Source: Octopus sinensis (lineage: Eukaryota). Taken from it: 64,000 nt of DNA. This document shows, one piece after another, positions 1 through 64,000 of the stretch (position 1 is the first letter of the stretch; each line of letters starts with the position of its first letter). A program made the position numbers and the translations under genes. The notes beneath the pieces were generated by a model. That model did no database searches. It was given only the letters and a program-made list of their open reading frames with translations, and was not told the origin of the DNA. The stretch covers positions 79,360,001 through 79,424,000 of the forward strand of contig NC_043004.1 in NCBI RefSeq assembly GCF_006345805.1, given 5' to 3'.

Positions 1-777
1 AATGAAATATCATAAACAACTATGTCCTTGATATTTTATTTTATTAGCCTTGTTGGGAAGGGTCTCCAGCTATAAGAGAAACCATGCCAAAGTAGTAGGC
101 ATTGGAACTTGGCACAATCCTCCAGCTTACCACCCCATCAACCCATCCAACCTATGCCAGCATGGAAAACAGACAATAAATGATGTCTTCAAAGATATGG
201 TCTTTAGATAAGCTTGCACCAACTTCCATGGGACCTTGAACTCTCCTGTGTTAAGCCCAACCTTCAAGCCTTATCTTCAATTTCAATTAGGCCTCATAAG
301 ATGACATTCAATCGGTCAGCATCATCTTAATGTCTGCTTTCCTATGCTTGCATAGGCAGGAGAGTTTATGGAGGCAGATTTTCTATGGTTGGATGCCCTT
401 CCTATTGCTAACCCTTACCTGTTTCCAAACAAGGTAATATTCCCCCATGGCCAGGCACATTTTTGCAGAATATTGGAAATGAATAACACTGCTTGTATGA
501 CAGGGACACTCATTTACAACTATCACATGATGTCATGACAAGGAGATACAAGACATGCAGTCACACACACAAACATATTGTGCGGCATTCACCATGATTG
601 ATTGCCAGCCACTAAACCATTTTTTATTTTCTTTCTGTTTATTTCTGTGTTCCTTTCTGTTGAAGAGCATAGGCTCAAAATGTAAAAGACTTTCTCACTT
701 CCCAAGCATTAAACTATTATACCTGTTTGTTGTTTACACACCTGTCTTCATCTTTTGTTTCGTTTTTTTGTAAATTC

Positions 778-821
<44 letters not shown>

Positions 822-1219
822 TGTGTAAACACATACAATGGATTTCTTTCAGGTGCCATCTACTAGGTAGACTTACAAAGCTTTGGTCAGCTTCAGGCTA
901 CGGTAGAAGACACTTGTCTGTCATATGACCACACAGTGGAACTGAACTCAAGACCATGTGGTTGGGAAGCAAACCGCTAAAGTATGAAGGAAAAAAAAAA
1001 GAAAGAACCAAAAAGGGAAATAATCAAGAGGAGTGAAGCATCTCAATCTCTCGAGTTCTCTTAAAATTACCAATGCTACACAAGCAGATCCATGGTTCTT
1101 AATTCCTAAATTATTATTCCAAATAAGACACAGTGCTGAAGATAAATGGAAAACAGAAATATTTCAATGGAAGGCATAAAACACTGTTGCTGATATCTTT
1201 AATATTTAAAAAAAATTCT

Positions 1220-1442
1220 TTAACCCTTTCGTTACCGTATTCCTGTTGAGATGCTCTGTGTTTCTTTCAATTAATTTTAAATATAACAAAGAATTTAGTA
1301 AAATAACTTAGTTATCATTCAGCTAGTGTTAGGAACATAAATTGTGACTAAGGTTTGGTGGAAGATTTTAATTCAAAACTTATGAAAACAAGACATTTGT
1401 ACTCAGAGCTGGTTTCGGCCAGGTTGGTAACGAAAGGGTTAA
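1220..1442 (+). mobile_element. piggyBac-like MITE
   Basis: TTAA|CCCTTTCGTTACC...GGTAACGAAAGGG|TTAA. Confidence 0.9.
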
Positions 1443-2754
1443 CTAACTAAAATGTAAAGATAAGCAATGAACTTAATGTTTGGTGATTATTAATAAATAA
1501 AAAAAAAACCATGATGCTAATAATGTTTAAGTAGAAACTGAAGTAAAATATTTTTCTTTATAGTGCATGGTTTAGTTTTTAATTTTAGAGGTTTTACTGT
1601 TTCTCTGAAGTAAAGAAATGAAGACCAGGAAAATATATCATCGTGAAAGAAATTGCCAACATAGGTTTAATCATAGACTGTAAATTAAAGGAAAACAACG
1701 CCAATGAATAACGCTGATATTATATATATATATATAAAGATAGAGCAGTCACCATTTTTTCCATACTTGCCATCTTTGATGAGCCAAGTTATTAGATAAT
1801 CATCTGAATACCTAATATCTGGTGCTAAACTGATTGGTAAGATAGGCTGTAACGGATCTACAATATCGAGTCTGTGAGAATATATTAGTTGTTGGGTAAT
1901 GATCTGGGGAAGAAGTACTCAATACAAATGTAGAGTGTATTAGTTTATTTAAACTGGTCCAGTGTACTGTTACATTGTAGTTTCCAAGATTTGCAGTAGT
2001 TTCTTTGGGCAAATCAGAATGGACCCAGTGGATGTACACCATGGAAACTCCAGAGTAACAGGTCACAAGAGTAGCTTAAATATGTTATAAAAGTGTGTGT
2101 GTTAAAATGTGGAACTTTTATGAACTAAAAATATTTCACATTTTAAGAGAAAATACGAATATTTAATCTAGTTAAAATTTTACATAATTTCTCTCTTTTT
2201 TTTTAAATGTCTTAATGTAAAAATCAAAAGCAACAGATGTAACCATTTCCAGGAACTTCCAAGACTAATGGAAAGAATTATCCTAAGAGCAAAAACAGAG
2301 AGTAGGCCCACTGTTTACAGATTGATCCCTACTAAAGGAATTAAATGAACAAGTGGTAGATTAAACCATAAACTATGAGACAGATTATTTGTCTACCAGC
2401 CAAAAACAACAAGATGAATCTTTCAAGGATTTTAATAATTTAAAATTCTAAACAACATAAAAAAAAGGTAGAAAATACTATGAACAAATATCAGATTAAC
2501 CATAAATCATCATCAGTCAATTTGTTCATGAATTTTTTTTTTTTAATGTAATAAACCACGCTCCGCACCCACCCCCAAGAAAAAGCTGTATCACAATGAA
2601 GCATGATGAAGACACAGGCAAGTTTAATTATTTATCTGACCCTGGAGCATAAAAAACAATGTGTCTGAAGTAGGAATACATATCCAATAATTTCAAATAC
2701 TATAACTTCATCCAATCAATGATTGTTATTTCTGATTTATTGATTTTCAATATG

Positions 2755-2801
<47 letters not shown>

Positions 2802-2804
2802 TAA

Positions 2805-3196
2805 TTATCCTTTCTAGTATAGGCACAAGGCCTGAAATTTGAGGGAAAGGGACTAGTTGGTTATATCAACCCCAGTGTTTCACTGGTACTTAATTTATCA
2901 ACCCCGACAGGGTGAAAGGCAAAGTTGACTTTGGCAGAATTTCAACTAAGAACCTAAAGACAGATGAAATGCCATTTAGCTCAGCAAAGCTAAGGATTCT
3001 TCAACAATAAAAATAATAATAATAATTATTATTATTATCCCTTCAAGACCTGAAATTTTGGGGGAGGGGGCAAGTCAATTACATCAACCCCAGTGCCCAA
3101 ATGGCACTTGATTTAAAGACCCCAAAATGATGAAAGGCAAAACTGAACTCGGTGAAATCTGAACTCTGAATGTAAAACCAAAAGAAATGTCTGGCC

Positions 3197-3239
<43 letters not shown>

Positions 3240-3905
3240 CTTTCTATTAGAGGCACAAGGCCTCAAATTTGGAAGGAGGGAGCTATTTGATTTCATCTGG
3301 TACTTATTTCATCAATCTCGAAAGAACAAAAGGCAAAGTTGACCTTGGTGGAATCTGAACTCAGAACATGAAGGCAAATGAAATGGCGCTAAGCATTTTG
3401 TCTGGGGTTGTTAACAATTCTGTCAGCTCACCACCTGAAATAATAATCCCTTCTAATAAAGGCACACAGCCTGAAATTTTATGGTGGGAGGGGGGTACAA
3501 GTCAATTACAATGACCCAGTATGCAACTGGTACTTATTTTATTGACCCCAAAAGGATGAAAGGCAAAGTTGACCTTGGCAGAATTTGAACTCAGAACATA
3601 GAGACGGGTGTAATACCACTAAGCATTTCATCCAGCATACTAACGATTCTGCCAGCTAGCCGCCTTAAATAATAATGATAATAATAATAATGGTTTCAAA
3701 TTTTGCCACAAGGGCAGCAATTTTGAGGGGAGGGGGTGAGTCAATTACATTGACCCCAGTGTTCAACTGGTACTTATTTTATTGGCCCCAAAAGGAAGAA
3801 AGGCAAAGTCGACCTCAGCAGAATTTGAACTCAGAACATAGCGATGGGCAAAATACTGTTAAGAATTTCATCCAGCATGCTAATAATTCTGCCAGCTCGC
3901 TGACT
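2805..3905 (-). mobile_element. Tandem train of five tRNA-derived SINEs (family A) separated by AAT tracts
   Basis: Each copy carries ttctgagttcaaatt (B box), gactttgcctttcatccttt and aagtaccagtt; all in the same orientation. Confidence 0.9.
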
Positions 3906-4747
3906 TAATGATAATAATAACAATAATAATAACAATCCCTGTTGGAGTGAGTTCCTAAAAATCTAGGCATGTGACTCAATTTCTATTCCTGCTTTGAAAG
4001 CTTTTAACTTTCACTCCACTTATTCACTAATATCTAGTGGAAAGGCATGAATGTCACATCTGCCATTTTCCATCACTTAAATCTCAAACTTTATAACTTT
4101 GTAAGAAATACTCAGCATCAACAACAACAACAACATCAACAACAATGGACAGGGAAAATGTATATCAAGTAAGGTCAGAAAAGTTGGTTTTTGTCTATAA
4201 ATTAACAGAAATAATAGACACATGGGTAAATTCCTACTATTTTCAGATTTATGGTAGAATACAGAATACTGGAATATAGTGAAGCTTATAAGAATAATAA
4301 ATAAAAAGTTTCTGATCTGATAAAATCTGTCCAATTTTATGGTAAATCTGCAAATGCATGCACTCTTGCACACGTGCACAGACACCTACAAACACACATA
4401 TAAACACAGATACACCCCCCCCACTAACACGCATATAAACACAAATACACACACACACATTCATATGTGTATTGACATACACACAAATGTACATGTTCAA
4501 ATCCATAAAAATTTGATTTTGCAGGAAACATCACTTTTTCATATCACAATCCAGAGACTATGGATCTAGTTCTCTATGAGAAAGAAAAAAAAAAGTATAT
4601 GGAAGAGGCAAGAGTTTAAAATACAGAAATGGCAGAATTACAAGAAAGAATTGTTTGATTTCAGAGAGAAAGAAAATCATGATAAAAGAGAGAGAAAAAA
4701 AAAAGTGTTGTAAATCTCAATTTTTTTTTTCTTGTGAAATTTTTTCT

Positions 4748-4777
4748 TTTATTTTCATCTATTTTTGAAAATTTATT
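4748..4777 (-). promoter_or_regulatory. Candidate polyadenylation signals (two AATAAA) for OSBPL9
   Basis: tttatt on the + strand at 4748-4753 and 4772-4777, about 450-480 nt past the stop; the hexamer is common in AT-rich DNA. Confidence 0.2.
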
Positions 4778-5230
4778 TTGTTCCTTTAGTGATTATGTTA
4801 GTGTTGACACCCTTAAGGTAAACTGTTTTAAGGTTCCTGTGATTTTAGACTTAACAGGCCAAAGTAGATTATATATTGCATATCTCTTTCCCTCTCCTTT
4901 TGTCTCAATCTCTCCCTCAATCAATCAATCAATCAATCAATCTCTCTCTCTCTCCTCTCTCTCTGGCCATATTAAAGCTATTCCACGTCTTCATTTAACC
5001 CTGCCCTAAAGCCTTGCCAAAAAAGGAAAAAAAAAAACCCAGGGTAAAGTTTGTTTGATTGTTAAATGTACAGGGAACAGCTGTTGACAGAGAGCAGCAG
5101 CAGCAGCTGTAGTGGGAGGGGGCGGGGGCAGAATAGTTTCAAAATTGAACAGCTGCAGGTAGAGACATCTGCTGGTCAGGTGTAGAACTTTAACTGTCGA
5201 GGTCACATTATCACTGAGCTAAGTGCTAGC

Positions 5231-59916
<54,686 letters not shown>

Positions 59917-60258
59917 CTGCAAAAGTAACAGAACAGAGAACATGAGAAGTAACTGAAGAACAAGAGAATCTTAGAAAAAGAAAAGTAAAAACAAAAAAAG
60001 AGAAACTCATTTTTAGTTAACCAAATGCAGATTTAACCCTTTAGCATTTAAACTAGCAGTGGGAAAAACCCTGCCTGATATACCCGTATGTTCAAAATAT
60101 AGTAAATTTTTTAATTATAAAATTTACACAATATTCATTTTCCTATTTGTGACATAGGTTGCACTTCAACTACAACTTAAAACAGTTTGACTCAAACAGA
60201 AAATCATCCCTGTAATTGCCATTTAAATGGAAATTTTGTTAACACTATAAAACATATG

Positions 60259-60480
60259 TGGAGGCGCAATGGCCCAGTGGTTAGGGCAGCGGACTTGCGG
60301 TCGTAGGATCGCGGTTTCGATTCCCAGACCGGGCGTTGTGTGTGTTTATTCACCACTCTTTCTTCTGTTGACCTGCTCGCTTAACCAGCTGGGTGGCGTC
60401 ATTCGAAGGCTAAAACAATGTGAACGCATTGTGACCAGCGATGTGCAGCAACATCTGATGGTCTGGTCGGTCATGTGATC
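60259..60480 (+). mobile_element. tRNA-derived SINE (family D), young CpG-rich copy
   Basis: tggcccagtggttagggcagcggac...ggtttcgattccc (A and B boxes) followed by non-tRNA body; degenerate relatives at about 49500-49740 and 39700-39890. Confidence 0.75.
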
Positions 60481-62262
60481 ATGTGTGATAAAACATATAT
60501 TGCTAGATTTGTATCACTCCCTTGGGACCCAACTATCCGCTAGCTGAAAAATATAGAATTTCTCATAAGTACGGTATTTGATGGCCTATAAGACGCACGA
60601 GTGTACAAATATAAGAGTTAGAACTTGTGACCCACCCACGGACCTTTTTCTTTGGAAATTCTTGCTTGCCTCACTAAAATGTTTCCACACCCCTGATTTG
60701 AAATGTCCATATTCATCCCAAATATTCTACCTGTTTTATGTTGAAACTGGTCAGATCTGGCCTCTCACACCATCTCTACAATGTCATTCTAAAAATAAAT
60801 AATCACATCAAAATCTCAAAGCTATGAGATAAGGCATGATCAAATCAAAATAATGTGATATTACACTTGATAGACTAATTTGAATGCTAAGGAGTTAAAC
60901 TTGGTGGGTTGTTAAGCTATATAAGGCCTTGAAAACTCCTTGTTACAAAAATGACACCATAAAAGTCTCTGAGTTAGAAACGCTGTTTGATTACTGTATT
61001 TGACAGCATATATGGTGCACTTTTTCCAAAAAAAAAAATCTAAAAAAATATTACCCTAGGTCCCATATGCAAAGCTGAGCCAATGTTACATGCCTTAAAG
61101 CATTAAAGGGTATTTATTTTTTTTCATTCTAAATATATGCTGGTGTAACTATGATGTATCCAAAAGTTCTGTGTATCTTTTACACCATTAAATACAGTCT
61201 TTTAAGGCAGCTGCAGTTTAAAAGACTAAACTGTGACTTGTTTAGTTTATGTCTGAATCCAACGCAGATTAAACGTATTGATAATTAGCATTTTTTGAAA
61301 AATATGAAAAGTACTGAAAGCCAGATAAACCTTAATGTTGTTTTAGATTTCATTTCACAATGTTAATTATATTATTAGAATCACAAATGATCTCAAATAA
61401 ATCCACAAGATTATCGTTTTGTCTATTTTTCCATAATGGGATGGGTTAGGCTTCTAATAGTTTTATGATACACACACAATCATGTACATACAGACACCCA
61501 TCAATCTCTCTCTACACACAAAGGTGCAGGCATGACTGTGTAGTATCTAGTTTGCTTCCCAATGACACAGTTATAGGTTCAATCCCAATGCACGGCACTT
61601 TGGGCTAGTGTCTTCTGCTACAGCACTGGGCCAACCAAAGCCTTGTGAGTGAATTTTGTAGGTGGAAACTGAGTAGGAGCCCGTGTGTGTGTGTGTGTTG
61701 CTGTCTCCTCGCCTTGACCTCTTGAAATAGTTTTAAGCAAGTATTACCAGCATGAAAAACTGGACATTAAAACGACGTTGACGATGATATATTGATGTCA
61801 GATGAATGTGAAACAACTCCTTGTAGGGATCTCAAGGCAAAGAATGCCATAAATAATTCCTTATCAGTATTGGGTAAAAGACTTGAACTGAAGGACAAAA
61901 ACATGTGAACAAGTGTCGCAACTAAGTTGAACTTCAAATAACAAAGCTCCTAGAAAATATGATCTGTTAATGATTGATAATTATTAACGACTGATAATTC
62001 ACCCATAAAACCCCCAAATGAATCACTGAACATAAGATAATAAAACTGAATAATCATACTGTGTCCAACTGCTGACAAGAGATTGAGATGTGTTACCCTA
62101 TGACAGTCTAGGAGTTAAAGACCTTTATCAAGGCTAAACTAGAATGATAACATGCAGGAACACTAATGATGCACCAAAGTATAATTTGCTATAATATTCT
62201 ATGTAACATGTCCATAGGATTTTAGTCAATAGTATGTGATGTGAGGAATGTAAAACAATACA

Positions 62263-62491
62263 TTAATCCTTTAGATACCAACCTGGCTGAAACCGCTTCT
62301 GGCTTCTAGTACAAATGTCTTGTTTTCAAAAGTTCTGAATTAAAATCTTCCACCAAACCTTAGTCACAATTTATGTTCCTAACACTTGCTGAATGATAAA
62401 TAAGCTATTTTACTAAATTCTTTGTTATATTTAAAAATAATTGAAAGGAACATATAGCATCTCAACAGGAATACGGTAACGAAAGGGTTAA
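62263..62491 (-). mobile_element. piggyBac-like MITE, same family
   Basis: Reverse complement body, TTAA at both ends. Confidence 0.88.
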
Positions 62492-63484
62492 AACCTGTGA
62501 TGGTTAACTGTTTCCTCTTTTTTTGTCGACAAACATACTCTATTGAGTCTTTTTACAATCTTAGTAACTGAGTATTCTCTTTAATTATCCACAAATACAT
62601 TGCTTATAAACCCACCTAATCTTAATGGTTAAAGTAAACTGGATAGATCAGTTTGTATATTTAACACTTTCTTTAGTAGATTCAACACTAAATTACTAGT
62701 GTACCTACAGGGTGGCATTTCATTGTTATAAAATACCACGGGACATATCTATAATCCATTATATGTGCTATAGAACATATCTACAGTGCATTATACCAGA
62801 TAACATATCTATAGTATATAATATGTTCCATAGAAAAGCGTGCAGTGCCTAAATTTTTTTCTTGCATCAGAATGATTTCATGCAAGACGATTTTTCCATG
62901 GATAAAGGAACCATGCACTTCAGAAAACACAATTAAATGCATGACATAAAATGTAATCGTTACATATATAATGCAGGCCCAGCAGACTATGATCATTATT
63001 AAAATAAAACTAAGATTTTTTCAAATGCATTCTTTCTGTGCAGCCCAGAATCAGATGATCCTTGGCATGCTACTGGTGTGCAGCCTGGTGGCTGTGGACT
63101 GCTACTACAGAAAATATCTACAGTACATTATATGATATAATGATATAATGAAATTATTGTATACAGTGCTCAGGTGCACCACAACTTGTCAGAAAGTGCA
63201 TATAAAGTACATGCAGTAATGTAGAAATGTCTGGAAAGCAAACAATGTATGAGTTGTTATATGTACCATAGAAATGTTATAGACTTTATAGGATTCATCT
63301 AATGGACTGCAGCAGTGTATTATCTAACACTACAACCAACTTAAACCTGGTCCTTAATCTAAACTTGTTTTCACTCCTTGGAAATTAAAGATGCCCAAAC
63401 TGATATAAATAGGTCTGACTATATTTATTCAACCCAGTTTGACACATTTTAAGATAGAAATATCGTTTAATGGTAGAATAACAA

Positions 63485-63715
63485 GAAGGCGGAGAGTTGG
63501 CAGAAACGTTAGCACACCGGGCGAAATGCTTAGCAGTATTTCATCTGACTCTACTTTCTGAGTTCAAATTCCGCCAAGGTCAACTTTGCCTTTCATCCTT
63601 TCGGGCTCGGTTAAATAAGTACCAGTTACTCACTGGGGTCGATGTAATCGACTTAATCCATTTGTCTGTCCTTGTTTGTCCTCTCTGTGTTTAGCCACTT
63701 GTGGGTAGTAAAGAA
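63485..63715 (+). mobile_element. Well-preserved family-A tRNA-SINE
   Basis: ggcggagagttggcagaaacgttagcac...gagttcaaattccgcc...ctttgcctttcatcctttcggg; related copies at about 35215-35440, 50150-50380, 24180-24610 and 54620-55170. Confidence 0.85.
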
Positions 63716-64000
63716 ATAGGTAGAATAACAATTTAAACTGAAGAATTATCTCAGTAACATACAGATATGATTTCCAATCCTGTCGAGAGCAACATCCTTT
63801 CATTCACCAAAATCTATTAATATAATTAACATTGTGTCTCCATCTTTCTATCCCTCTGTCTCTCTGATATGCAGAGAGACAAGTCTATGAAGCTGCTATG
63901 AAGAAATCAGTAAAATAACTATCTTTATTATGCTTAGAACATAAACAGACATAAATTTTTTTTATGATAGATTTTAATTTAAAATCACTAATTCTTTTGT

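Noticed and set aside
4100-4175. PolyQ-like plus-strand exon ending CAA|gtaagg
   Set aside because: It is explained by a (CAA)n microsatellite, and no partner exons are visible on the plus strand.
60259-60335. Functional tRNA gene
   Set aside because: A and B boxes are present, but there is no clean acceptor stem and the sequence runs into a SINE body. The heads at 40221-40365 were rejected for the same reason.
59917-64000. Further upstream OSBPL9 exons (PH domain, coiled coil)
   Set aside because: No segment with suitable splice sites and ORP9-like peptide was found; these exons probably lie beyond the window.

Overview
AT-rich eukaryotic genomic DNA. The repeat families look like those of an octopus or other coleoid cephalopod, which is an inference from recollection and was not checked against a database. 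The window holds the 3' portion of one gene on the minus strand, an OSBPL9/ORP9 oxysterol-binding-protein-related lipid transfer protein. I traced 16 GT-AG exons by hand from 59916 to the stop at 5231; their phases chain into one open frame of 1794 nt (597 aa plus stop). This covers the end of the coiled-coil region, a divergent linker, the FFAT motif and a complete ORD domain. The PH-domain exons were not found and are presumably beyond 64000. Nearly all other ORFs in the supplied track are repeat artefacts. The introns are packed with tRNA-derived SINEs, RTE and RLE-type (R4/Dong-like) LINE remnants, piggyBac-, mariner-, pogo- and Helitron-like non-autonomous elements, and microsatellites. 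The most unusual items are: (1) a 481-bp palindrome whose arms each carry an outward-facing tRNA-type Pol III head followed by a minimal hammerhead ribozyme motif; (2) a CpG-rich 2.3-kb composite, SVA-like in layout, with a duplicated 5' unit, a 34-bp VNTR and an RTE 3' tail; (3) a duplicated intron block with a conserved YCAY-rich core downstream of two frame-preserving exon candidates; (4) a duplicated splice acceptor that would truncate ORP9 before the lipid-binding domain. All coordinates were counted by hand, and repeat boundaries are approximate.
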